The translations under genes and the position numbers were made by a program. The notes under the pieces are model-generated. The model saw only the letters and a list, made by a program, of their open reading frames with translations. It had not been told where the DNA came from and did not search any database. A DNA stretch of 64,000 nucleotides from the NCBI GenBank assembly GCA_002840845.1, contig PHCS01000024.1, positions 21,760 through 85,759 of the forward strand, written 5' to 3'. The DNA is from Betaproteobacteria bacterium HGW-Betaproteobacteria-14. GTDB lineage: Bacteria; Pseudomonadota; Gammaproteobacteria; Burkholderiales; Rhodocyclaceae. Positions 10,157 through 18,195 of the stretch are shown in pieces (position 1 is the stretch's first letter; every line of letters starts with the position of its first letter).

Positions 10157-11959
10157 TCAAGCAGAAGTCGCTGGTTTAACTAATTGTTTCTGCACCAGTA
10201 ATTGCTGAAGGCGACGGACTTCTTCTGCAGCCAGCCCGACGCTTTTGTTCTTTGCATTGAGCGCCTCGATCTCGTTGCGGATGCCAGCTTGCCTCAGACG
10301 CTCGACGGTATCGGCAAAAACCGCCTCAATAGATTCTTCGTCGAATTCCTCGTCGACGAGTTCCCCGAGGATTTCTGATATCAGGCTTTCATGAGGCGTG
10401 CCGCGGAAATGCTCCAGCACCATGCCAAAGCCCTCGCCGGCCAAGCCCCCTTCCGCAACAGCAGCGATCAGGGCGTTCAAGGCGTCGGTTTCGGCGTGGC
10501 CTTCGGGAATAAGATCAACTGAGAGCCGGGCGGCCAGGACGGGCTGCTGTACAACTACGCGCAGGAGTTTCCGTGCAATGGGCGAGGGCGTGCCCCTCGG
10601 CGATCGCACAGGAGCGGCTTTGCGCACCACCGCCGGCAAGCCGCAAAGGGATTCAATCTCCGCTTGAGAAAAACCGCTCGACTGCGCCAGCAGCTTGACG
10701 AGCTGCAGGCGCAGCAGCGGCGCTTGCAGCCTGCCCAGATGGGGTTTGGCGGCGTGTACTAGTTGCGAACGACCTTCGGCGCTGGCGAGGTCCTTGCCGG
10801 CTTTCAGCTCCTGCATCAGGAAATCAGTGAGTGGCATGGCCTGCCGTGCCAGTTTGCGGAACGCATCTGCGCCGTGGGCGCGGACGAAACTGTCAGGATC
10901 ATCCTCGGCCGGCAGAAAGAGAAATGCGATGGTCTTGTTGTCGGCTACATGCTCCAGGCTTGCATCCAGCGCCCTTGCGGCCGCCTTGCGGCCGGCATTG
11001 TCGCCATCGAAGCAGAAGATGACGCGGTCGGCCTGGCGCAACAGCTTGTGTACATGCGTGGGGGTGGTGGCGGTGCCCAGCGTAGCCACTGCATTGCCGA
11101 CGCCGTGCTGGGCGAGTGCGACCACGTCCATGTAGCCTTCGACTACGATGACGCAATCCTCGTCGCGAATGGCGCTGCGAGCCTGCAGCAGACCATAGAG
11201 TTCGCGGCCTTTTTCGAATAGCGGCGTTTCAGGAGAGTTGAGGTATTTCGGTTCGCCCTGGCCGATAACGCGGCCACCGAAACCGATGACGTTGCCTCGG
11301 CTGTCGAGGATAGGAAACATGATGCGGTCGCGGAAGCGGTCGTAGCGTTTGCCGGCTTCGCCCTCGATGACTAGGCCGCATTCGACCAGCGCCTTGTCGG
11401 AATAGTCGGGAAAGACGGCAGCAAGGCTCTGCCAACCGTCCGGGGCATAGCCCAGGCCGAAGCGGGCCGCAATGTCGCCGGTGAGGCCGCGACCCTTCAG
11501 GTAGTCGATGGCCTTCTGGCTGGCCTTGAGCTGCTCCTTGTAGTACTTCGCCGCGCGAGCCATGAGCTCGGTGAGCGGTGAGGCTTCGGCGGCTTTCTGC
11601 CGGCGTTCGTCTGGGCGCTGTTGCGGCACCTGCAGGCCGATCTGCCCGGCCAGGTCCTCCACCGTTTCCACGAAGCCGAGACCGGAATACTCCATGATGA
11701 AACTGATGGCACTTCCATGGGCCCCGCAGCCGAAGCAGTGATAGAACTGCTTGGAGGGGCTGACGGAAAAGGAGGGCGTTTTCTCGCTGTGGAAGGGGCA
11801 GCAGGCGACGTAATTGGCGCCCGCCTTTTTCAGGGGCAGGTAGCGCTCGATGACGTCGACGATGTCGATGCGCGCAAGGAGTTCCTGTATGAAGGATTCT
11901 GGGATCACGCTAAATTCAAATGAGGGTGCTGGCGTTGGCGCATAGCGCCCCTGCCTCAA
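10157..11959 (-). CDS. dnaG: DNA primase
   Basis: Zn-ribbon CCPFHSEKTPSFSVSPSKQFYHCFGCGAHG, a TOPRIM block (VVEGYMDVVAL, FCFDGDNAGRKAA) and a position between yqeY and rpoD. The true start may be a few codons downstream of 11959. Confidence 0.9.
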   Translation of the reverse strand: MRQGRYAPTPAPSFEFSVIPESFIQELLARIDIVDVIERYLPLKKAGANYVACCPFHSEKTPSFSVSPSKQFYHCFGCGAHGSAISFIMEYSGLGFVETVEDLAGQIGLQVPQQRPDERRQKAAEASPLTELMARAAKYYKEQLKASQKAIDYLKGRGLTGDIAARFGLGYAPDGWQSLAAVFPDYSDKALVECGLVIEGEAGKRYDRFRDRIMFPILDSRGNVIGFGGRVIGQGEPKYLNSPETPLFEKGRELYGLLQARSAIRDEDCVIVVEGYMDVVALAQHGVGNAVATLGTATTPTHVHKLLRQADRVIFCFDGDNAGRKAAARALDASLEHVADNKTIAFLFLPAEDDPDSFVRAHGADAFRKLARQAMPLTDFLMQELKAGKDLASAEGRSQLVHAAKPHLGRLQAPLLRLQLVKLLAQSSGFSQAEIESLCGLPAVVRKAAPVRSPRGTPSPIARKLLRVVVQQPVLAARLSVDLIPEGHAETDALNALIAAVAEGGLAGEGFGMVLEHFRGTPHESLISEILGELVDEEFDEESIEAVFADTVERLRQAGIRNEIEALNAKNKSVGLAAEEVRRLQQLLVQKQLVKPATSA

Positions 11960-12008
11960 CCCATTATAGGAAACCCCGCCGGATTTGCCGGTGGGATTGC
12001 ATGAATGA

Positions 12009-12455
12009 TTATGTTGTCAGGGCGGACTTGACCAGGCCGGATACCTGACTCATGTCGGCGCGGCCGGCGAGCTTTGGCTTCAGAACGGCCATCACTTTGC
12101 CCATGTCCTGCATGCCGGTTGCCCCGCTGGCGGCGACAGCTTCATTCACGGCAGCCTGGATTTCGGCTGGTGAGAGTGCCTGCGGCATGTATCCGGAGAG
12201 CACGTCGACTTCGAATTTCTCGGCGTCGGCCAGGTCCTGCCGACTGGCCGCCTCGTACTGGCCGATGGAATCGCGGCGCTGCTTGAGCATCTTGTCGATG
12301 ACAGCCAGCACCCCGGCATCATCGAGTTCGACCCGATCGTCAATTTCGCGTTGTTTGATGGCGGCCAGCAACAGCCTGATGGCGCCCAGGCGTGCGGTTT
12401 CCCGCGCCTTCATGGCCACCTTCATGTCTTGAATGATTATGGTTTTGAGCGACAT
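12009..12455 (-). CDS. yqeY: GatB/YqeY domain-containing protein
   Basis: 148 aa. MSLKTIIIQDMKVAMKARETARLGAIRLLLAAIKQREID... is typical of the YqeY family. Positioned between rpsU and dnaG. Confidence 0.85.
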   Translation of the reverse strand: MSLKTIIIQDMKVAMKARETARLGAIRLLLAAIKQREIDDRVELDDAGVLAVIDKMLKQRRDSIGQYEAASRQDLADAEKFEVDVLSGYMPQALSPAEIQAAVNEAVAASGATGMQDMGKVMAVLKPKLAGRADMSQVSGLVKSALTT

Positions 12456-12491
12456 ATCGGACTAACGGTCTGGTTGCTGAGCATACAAAGC

Positions 12492-12522
12492 AAAAAGCCC
12501 CGGCACTTGGCAGTCCGAGGCT
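12492..12522 (-). terminator. Internal attenuator/terminator of the rpsU-dnaG-rpoD operon
   Basis: The minus strand reads agcctcgg-actgccaagtg-ccggggct followed by ttttt, about 75 nt downstream of the rpsU stop. It is analogous to the T1 terminator between rpsU and dnaG in E. coli. Confidence 0.5.
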
Positions 12523-12595
12523 GGTTGTGAGGGGAGGCCGTCCCCCGCCGTCTGGATGCCGTAGCCATTTCTGGCGATACCGGCACCGGACGGCT

Positions 12596-12808
12596 TTAGT
12601 ACATTTTCGGCGGCAGCGTCTGGCTGCGGATGCGCTTGTGATGGCGCTTCACCGCAGCGGAGAGCTTGCGCTTGCGCTCGGCCGTGGGTTTCTCGTAGAA
12701 CTCGCGCGAACGCAGTTCGGTCAGAAGACCGGTTTTCTCGATGGCGCGCTTGAAGCGGCGGATGGCCACTTCGAACGGCTCGTTTTCTTTGACGCGGATA
12801 CCAGGCAT
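12596..12808 (-). CDS. rpsU: 30S ribosomal protein S21
   Basis: 70 aa: [66 protein letters not shown]-track start 12928 is an upstream extension. Confidence 0.95.
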   Translation of the reverse strand: MPGIRVKENEPFEVAIRRFKRAIEKTGLLTELRSREFYEKPTAERKRKLSAAVKRHHKRIRSQTLPPKMY

Positions 12809-12911
12809 GCGGATAAACCCTGCTAACTGGGAAAGCCGAGAATTATAGCCGCATTTCCGGGAAAGACCAAGAGGCCGGTAGAATGCATTTTTTGGCCACG
12901 GTCTAGCCTCC

Positions 12912-13851
12912 ATGCTGGTGCTCGGCATCGAATCCTCCTGCGACGAAACCGGCCTTGCCTTGTATGACAGCCAGCGCGGCCTGTTGGCCCACGCCGTGCA
13001 TTCGCAAGTCGACCTGCACGAGGCCTATGGCGGGGTCGTGCCTGAATTGGCCTCCCGCGACCACATTCGGCGCATCGTGCCGCTCCTGCGCAAGGTGCTG
13101 ACCGAAGCCGGCACAGGCCTGGGGGAAATCGATGCCATCGCCTATACCTCCGGGCCTGGCCTGGCCGGGGCGCTGCTGGTCGGGGCCGGCTTTGCCGAAT
13201 CCCTGGCCCTTGCCCTCGATGTGACGGCGCTGCCGGTGCATCATCTCGAAGGCCATCTCCTCTCGCCGCTGCTCTCTGCCGACCCGCCGTGTTTCCCTTT
13301 TATTGCCCTGCTGGTATCAGGCGGCCATACCCAGCTGATGCGTGTCGCCGGCGTCGGGCAGTATGAGCTTCTGGGCGAGACGCTGGACGATGCGGCGGGT
13401 GAAGCTTTCGACAAGACTGCCAAACTGCTCGGCCTGGGCTACCCCGGCGGCCCGGCGTATGAATTTCAGCTTTTCCGGCCTGAAAACCGCGGTGCTGACG
13501 CAGGTGCGCAACCGTTCCCTTGAAGACGAGGACAAGGCCGACCTGTGCGCCGAATTCCAGGCGGCCATCATCGAGGTGCTGACGTCCAAGTCGCTCGCAG
13601 CGCTGAAGGCGAGCGGCCTGCAGCAACTGGTGGTGGCGGGCGGCGTGGGCGCCAACCGGGCGCTGCGCACCGCCTTGGATGCCGGCACGCAAGCTGCTGG
13701 CGCGCGGGTTTTTTATCCTGAAATGGAGTTGTGCACCGACAATGGCGCGATGATCGCTTTCGCCGGTGCGCAAAGGCTTTTGCGCAAAGCGGCGGAAGCA
13801 AGCCGCGGCAGTTTCGGCGTAAGGCCGCGCTGGGTCTTGGGAGAGGTTTGA
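12912..13851 (+). pseudogene. tsaD: tRNA N6-adenosine threonylcarbamoyltransferase TsaD (Gcp/Kae1), reading frame broken by an internal deletion plus frameshift near 13455-13462
   Basis: The N-terminal part ([14 protein letters not shown]...VHHLEGH...[16 protein letters not shown]) is read in the frame starting at 12912, which then terminates at 13523. The C-terminal part ([12 protein letters not shown]...VVAGGVGAN...CTDNGAMIAFAG) lies in the +1 frame (ORF 13342..13851). The ~25 residues normally found between GGP and FSFSGLKT are absent. Confidence 0.7.
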
Positions 13852-13852
13852 C

Positions 13853-14617
13853 ATGGAGTTGCCGACAAATGCTTTCAAGCGCGCCCTGCGGGAGGGCAAG
13901 CAGCAGATTGGCCTGTGGTCGGTGATGGCGGATGCGGCCGCGAGCGAACTGCTTGGCGCTTGCGGCTTTGACTGGCTGCTCATCGACATGGAGCACGCAC
14001 CTAATGAACTGCCGGCCGTGCAGGCGCAGTTGCAGGCCCTGCGCGGTTCGAGCGCGTCCCCCATCGTGCGACCGCCCTGGAACGACATGGTATGGATGAA
14101 GCGCGTCCTCGACCTGGGTGCGCAAACGCTTCTGATCCCTTATGTTCAGACGGCGGCAGAAGCTGCGGAGGCGGTCAGTTACATGCGCTATCCGCCGGCA
14201 GGCCGGCGCGGCGTGGCGGGCGGCACACGCGCCACGCAATGGGGCCGCGTCCGGGATTACTACAAGCGTGCCGAGGACGAACTGTGCCTGCTGGTCCAGG
14301 TGGAGTCCCGCCAGGGGTTGGAGAATCTGGAGGAGATCGCGGCAACGCCGGGTGTGGATGGCATTTTCATCGGGCCGGCGGACCTGTCCGCAGACATGGG
14401 ACACTTGGGCGAGCCGCGACATCCGGAGGTGCAGGATGCGATCGAGGATGCCGTGCGGCGCATCCGGCAGGCGGGCAAGGCGGCCGGCATTCTGGCGCGC
14501 GGGGAGGCGCCTGCCCGGCACTGGCTGAAGGCAGGATGCAGTTTCGTCGCCGTCGGAGTAGATGCCGTATTGCTGGCTGAGGCAGCCGATGGCCTCGCCG
14601 CCAAATTCAGGGTGTAG
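13853..14617 (+). CDS. HpcH/HpaI-family 2-keto-3-deoxy-acid aldolase
   Basis: 254 aa. FKRALREGKQQIGLWSVMADAAASELLGACGFDWLLIDMEHAPNE...VQVESRQGLENLEEIAATPGVDGIFIGPADLSADMG is typical of HpaI/GarL-type class II aldolases. Confidence 0.8.
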   Translation: MELPTNAFKRALREGKQQIGLWSVMADAAASELLGACGFDWLLIDMEHAPNELPAVQAQLQALRGSSASPIVRPPWNDMVWMKRVLDLGAQTLLIPYVQTAAEAAEAVSYMRYPPAGRRGVAGGTRATQWGRVRDYYKRAEDELCLLVQVESRQGLENLEEIAATPGVDGIFIGPADLSADMGHLGEPRHPEVQDAIEDAVRRIRQAGKAAGILARGEAPARHWLKAGCSFVAVGVDAVLLAEAADGLAAKFRV

Positions 14618-14618
14618 C

Positions 14619-15221
14619 TTATTTCTTCTCGCCGATCTTCGGTTCGGTGCCGGCACGAATGCGCTGCAGGTTTTCGCTGTGGCGCCAGTACAGCAGCAGC
14701 GCGATGCAGAATACCGCGGTAAGCATGTCGCCCGAGCCGAGCGTGGCCAAGGCAAAGATTGGCGCCGTGATGGCGGCAGCAATGGCGCCGAGCGAAGAAT
14801 AACGGAAGAACCAGACCACACCGATCCATACCGCCATGACTGCTAGGCCCAGCCACAGGCTGAAGCCGAAGAGCACGCCTGCGGCAGTGGCCACGCCCTT
14901 GCCGCCCTTGAAGTTGAGGAAGATCGGATGCAAGTGGCCAAAAAAGGCGGCAAAGCCGGCAATGGCCACGTCCTGCGGCTGTGCGCCGTAAGCGGGGCCG
15001 AACTGCTGCACGAGGAACACCGCCAGCCAACCTTTTGCGGCATCGCCAAGCAGGGTGAGGAGCGCCGCCAGCTTGTTGCCGCTGCGCAGGACATTGGTGG
15101 CGCCCGGATTGCCGGAGCCGTAGTTGCGCGGATCGTCCAGGCCGAAAAGCCTGCTCATCACGACCGCAAAGGGGATGGAGCCGATCAGGTAAGCGAGGAT
15201 GGCAAAACCGAGCGTGTGCAT
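14619..15221 (-). CDS. plsY: Glycerol-3-phosphate acyltransferase PlsY
   Basis: 200 aa, polytopic. Signature GSGNPGATNVLRSGNK, plus FKGGKGVATAAG. Confidence 0.9.
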   Translation of the reverse strand: MHTLGFAILAYLIGSIPFAVVMSRLFGLDDPRNYGSGNPGATNVLRSGNKLAALLTLLGDAAKGWLAVFLVQQFGPAYGAQPQDVAIAGFAAFFGHLHPIFLNFKGGKGVATAAGVLFGFSLWLGLAVMAVWIGVVWFFRYSSLGAIAAAITAPIFALATLGSGDMLTAVFCIALLLYWRHSENLQRIRAGTEPKIGEKK

Positions 15222-15264
15222 GGCGGATGACCTAGAATTCGGGGCATTCTAATCGAGAAACAAC

Positions 15265-15618
15265 ATGGATCGCATCTTCATAGAGGAACTGCGCGTCGAA
15301 GCCTGGGTCGGCATCTATCCGCGCGAGCGGGCGGCGCGCCAGACCATCGAGATCAGCCTTGAATTCGGCGTGCCGGATGCCGCAGCACAGCATGACGACA
15401 TCGCCGACACCATCGACTACGCCGAGGTGATCGCGCGGATTCGAAAGGAACTCGGCGAGCGCCATTTCAACCTGCTGGAGACGTTGGGGGAGTATGTCGT
15501 GGCGCTGCTTACCGGGGATTTCCGTGCGCCATGGGTGAAAATCTCCATCGCGAAGACTGGGGTGGCCAGGGGCGTCAAGCGGGTCGGTGTGGCGATCGAG
15601 CGGGGCAGGCTTGGCTAA
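15265..15618 (+). CDS. folB: Dihydroneopterin aldolase
   Basis: 117 aa. MDRIFIEELRVEAWVGIYPRERAARQTIEISLEF...DTIDYAEV. Divergent from plsY, as in E. coli (ygiH-folB). Confidence 0.85.
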   Translation: MDRIFIEELRVEAWVGIYPRERAARQTIEISLEFGVPDAAAQHDDIADTIDYAEVIARIRKELGERHFNLLETLGEYVVALLTGDFRAPWVKISIAKTGVARGVKRVGVAIERGRLG

Positions 15619-16106
15619 TCGACCAAACCGCACTCGACTTGAGTCGGCGTGAGCACGCGGACGATTTCGTGCGGCTGCACGCCAACCAGAAAGCCGCGCC
15701 GGCCGCCGTTGATGTAGATGAGCGGCAGATCGAGGATGGTTTTTTCGATGTACACCGGAAGAATCTTTTTCGTGCCGAAGGGCGAAGTGCCGCCCACCAG
15801 GTAGCCGGTATGGCGCTGGGCGGTCTCGGGCCTGCAGGGCGATACGCTTTTCGCGCCGATCTGCCGCGCCAGGTTCTTCGTGGATACCTTGCGATCCCCG
15901 TGCATCAGCACGATCAAAGGCTTGCCTGCCTCGTCCTCCATCACCAGCGTCTTCACGACGGCGTGTTCGTCGACATTCAATGCGCGCGCCGATGTGCCCG
16001 TGCCGCCATGCTCCTCATACTCGTAAAGGTGGTTGGAATGGGCGACGCGGTGCTGCCGGAGAAACCGGGTCGCGGGCGTTTCGGGTGCGTGATCTTCATG
16101 TTTCAT
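15615..16106 (-). CDS. ybaK: Cys-tRNA(Pro)/Cys-tRNA(Cys) deacylase YbaK
   Basis: 163 aa. TRFLRQHRVAHSNHLYEY...VKTLVMEDEAGKPLIVLMHGDRKVSTKNLARQIGAKSV...TGYLVGGTSPFG is a YbaK/EbsC editing-domain sequence. Confidence 0.85.
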   Translation of the reverse strand: MKHEDHAPETPATRFLRQHRVAHSNHLYEYEEHGGTGTSARALNVDEHAVVKTLVMEDEAGKPLIVLMHGDRKVSTKNLARQIGAKSVSPCRPETAQRHTGYLVGGTSPFGTKKILPVYIEKTILDLPLIYINGGRRGFLVGVQPHEIVRVLTPTQVECGLVD

Positions 16107-16144
16107 AGGGGAAATTCTACCTGAGCGAACATGGGAAATTCAGC

Positions 16145-16173
16145 TTGAACTACGCGTAACCGAGAGCTATAAA
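16145..16173 (+). promoter_or_regulatory. Near-consensus sigma-70 promoter candidate (TTGAAC-17 nt-TATAAA) pointing away from ybaK
   Basis: ttgaac (16145-16150), an exact 17-nt spacer, then tataaa (16168-16173). No plus-strand CDS lies downstream, but a plus-strand intrinsic terminator lies at 16305-16333. Confidence 0.35.
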
Positions 16174-16179
16174 TAAAGT

Positions 16180-16333
16180 GTTCCCATCACATGGAGAACG
16201 AGCCGGAAGAAGCAGGACGTTTTGTTTCGCCGGAGTACCCTTTCGGGATCTTAGATCCCGCTTTGCGCCCGATACAAGGCGCTGCGTCGAAGTCGACGCA
16301 CGAGAGCCCCGCGATTGCGGGGCTTCTCATTTT
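16180..16333 (+). ncRNA. Candidate structured small RNA (~150 nt) in the ybaK-xerD spacer
   Basis: It is bounded by the promoter candidate and a GC-rich hairpin (agccccgc-gatt-gcggggct) followed by cttctcatttt on the plus strand. Internal hairpins are cgggatc-tta-gatcccg, gcgcc...ggcgc and tgcgtcg-aagt-cgacgca. No family was recognised. Confidence 0.3.
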
Positions 16334-16348
16334 CGGGACTGCATCCGG

Positions 16349-17269
16349 TCAGCCGCGGGGATGGTGCTGGGCGTGCAGTTGCTTGAGCCGCTCGCGGGCG
16401 ACGTGAGTGTAGACCTGGGTGGTCGAAATGTCGGCGTGACCGAGCAGCAGTTGCACGACGCGCAGGTCTGCGCCGTGGTTGATCAGGTGGGTGGCGAAGG
16501 CATGGCGCAGCGTGTGCGGCGAGATACGAGTTGGGTCGATGCCTGCTTGTGCGGCATAGCGCTTGACCAGGGCCCAGAACATCTGGCGCGACAAGCCGGT
16601 ACCGCGGCGCGTGACGAAAACCGCATCGCAATCGCGCCCGGCAAGCAGGGGGATCCGTCCTTCCTGCAGGTAGCGCGCGATCCAGTCCAGCGCCTCCTGC
16701 CCGAGAGGAACCAGCCGCTCCTTCGAGCCCTTGCCGAACACGCGCACCACGCCCTCGTTCAGGCCGACCTCGAAGAGCTTCAGGGCGACCAGTTCGGAGA
16801 CGCGCAAGCCAGTCGCGTAGAGTACTTCAAGCATGGCGCGGTCACGCAGGCCGAGCACCGTATTGCAGTCCGGCGCCGCCAGCAACGCTTCCACCTGAAC
16901 CTCAGACAGTGTCCTGGGAAAGCGCTCGGGGCGGGGCGGCGGCTCGATATTCAGCGTGGGATCGGTTTGGATCCTGCCTATGGCCAGCAGGTGCTGGTAG
17001 AAGCGACGCAAAGCGGATATCAGGCGACGCTGGCTGGTCGATTTGGCGCTGCGGCTGAAATCACGCAGAAAGTCGTGGATGTCGGCAGGCACGGCCCCGT
17101 CAAGCGTTTTGTCTTTGGCGCCGAGGCTGGCGGAAAATTGCGCCAGATCGGCGCGATAGCTGGCCAGGGTATTTTTGGACAGGCCCGCCTCAAGCCATAG
17201 CGTGTCCGTGAAGGCGTCAAGAAGCGCCCCGTCGGTTGCAGAAAGTGCAGGCTTGGGTATTCGAGTCAA
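16349..17269 (-). CDS. xerD: Site-specific tyrosine recombinase XerD
   Basis: 306 aa. The C-terminus SPHTLRHAFATHLINHGADLRVVQLLLGHADISTTQVYTHVARERLKQLHAQHHPRG closely matches E. coli XerD (catalytic R, HxxR, Y). Confidence 0.9.
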   Translation of the reverse strand: MTRIPKPALSATDGALLDAFTDTLWLEAGLSKNTLASYRADLAQFSASLGAKDKTLDGAVPADIHDFLRDFSRSAKSTSQRRLISALRRFYQHLLAIGRIQTDPTLNIEPPPRPERFPRTLSEVQVEALLAAPDCNTVLGLRDRAMLEVLYATGLRVSELVALKLFEVGLNEGVVRVFGKGSKERLVPLGQEALDWIARYLQEGRIPLLAGRDCDAVFVTRRGTGLSRQMFWALVKRYAAQAGIDPTRISPHTLRHAFATHLINHGADLRVVQLLLGHADISTTQVYTHVARERLKQLHAQHHPRG

Positions 17270-17736
17270 AGCACTCCTTCATGCGTCAGCAGCCAGCGCT
17301 TGGCTTCGAGCAGAAAGCCGTCGCGCGCTTGGGCGAAGCCGCCCAGGCCGCCGGCGCCGACCACCCGGTGACACGGCACGATCACCGGATAGGGATTGCG
17401 GCCGCAGGCTTGGCCCACTGCCCGTGGTGCGCTTTTCAGTTTCTTTGCGATTTCGCCATAGCGCTGGGTTCTTCCGACCGAGACGGCGGCGATGGCCTGC
17501 CAGACCTCTCGCTGGAAGGCGGTCCCTGCAGGTCTCAACGGCAGGTCGAAACGCGTTTTGGGATTGGAGAGGTAGGCGGACAGTTGATCCCTGGCGCGTG
17601 CGGCAAGTGCATTTGTCGGCGCCAGTGGCTTCGTTCCGGGCGGAAGGAAGGAGATTCCCGTGATGGCGTCGCCCTCGGCATGTACGCCAAGGGCGCCGAA
17701 GGGGGCTGCAATCACCGCGTCGAAATCAGCGGGCAT
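17266..17736 (-). CDS. ogt: Methylated-DNA--protein-cysteine methyltransferase
   Basis: 156 aa. Active site IVPCHRVVG, preceded by the helix-turn-helix RTQRYGEIAKKL. 4-nt overlap with xerD. Confidence 0.85.
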   Translation of the reverse strand: MPADFDAVIAAPFGALGVHAEGDAITGISFLPPGTKPLAPTNALAARARDQLSAYLSNPKTRFDLPLRPAGTAFQREVWQAIAAVSVGRTQRYGEIAKKLKSAPRAVGQACGRNPYPVIVPCHRVVGAGGLGGFAQARDGFLLEAKRWLLTHEGVL

Positions 17737-17814
17737 GATCAGACTTCCCGATGGTCCGCCCCGAAAGGGGTATGCACCTACCGGGGGGCAGCGAACGAAC
17801 GTGAGCGTGGCGGC

Positions 17815-18195
17815 TCATTTTTTCCCTTCGCAGGCGTAGAGTTCCAGCGGCACATTCTCCGCGCCGCTCGCCAGTTCGGCAAGCGGCCGGCAGCGGCCAC
17901 CGACGCAGAGTTCGTATCCGGAAGTGAAAGTCGAGTTCGCGAGGCGCAGGCTTTTCTGGGGCGCGAGCCGCGGCGCATAGCGCCAGACGCCGTTATCCAA
18001 TATCGCGCCCTGCGGCGGCTCCATGCCAGCGCCGCTGCCGCGGATGCGCGCCTCGACAAGATACAGGAGTCCGAGTTCGATGTGCCAGTCTTCCTCCCAG
18101 CGGATTTTTTCGATGGAATGCGTCCAAGCCAGAGTGAAGGATTGCAGCGGCAGGAAGGCGAGCAGAGACGCTGCGGCAATGCAGAGGCCGCTCAT
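17815..18195 (-). CDS. DUF1850 domain protein (TAXI-TRAP accessory)
   Basis: Start at MSGLCIAAASLL, with an ATGA overlap on the permease stop. FTLAWTHSIEKIRWEEDW...VEARIRGSGAGMEPP is typical of DUF1850, which normally accompanies TAXI TRAP permeases. Confidence 0.7.
   Translation of the reverse strand: MSGLCIAAASLLAFLPLQSFTLAWTHSIEKIRWEEDWHIELGLLYLVEARIRGSGAGMEPPQGAILDNGVWRYAPRLAPQKSLRLANSTFTSGYELCVGGRCRPLAELASGAENVPLELYACEGKK

Noticed and set aside
12527-12826. A 99-aa plus-strand ORF, and the 110-aa extended rpsU ORF.
   Set aside because: The first is antisense to rpsU. The rpsU extension upstream of MPGIRVKEN has no RBS logic, and S21 is a conserved ~70-aa protein.
16349-17269. XerD as a possible integrase for the low-G+C islet or another mobile element.
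   Set aside because: Its C-terminus matches housekeeping XerD almost residue for residue. It lies in native-composition DNA, translationally coupled to ogt, and is 8.5 kb from the islet.
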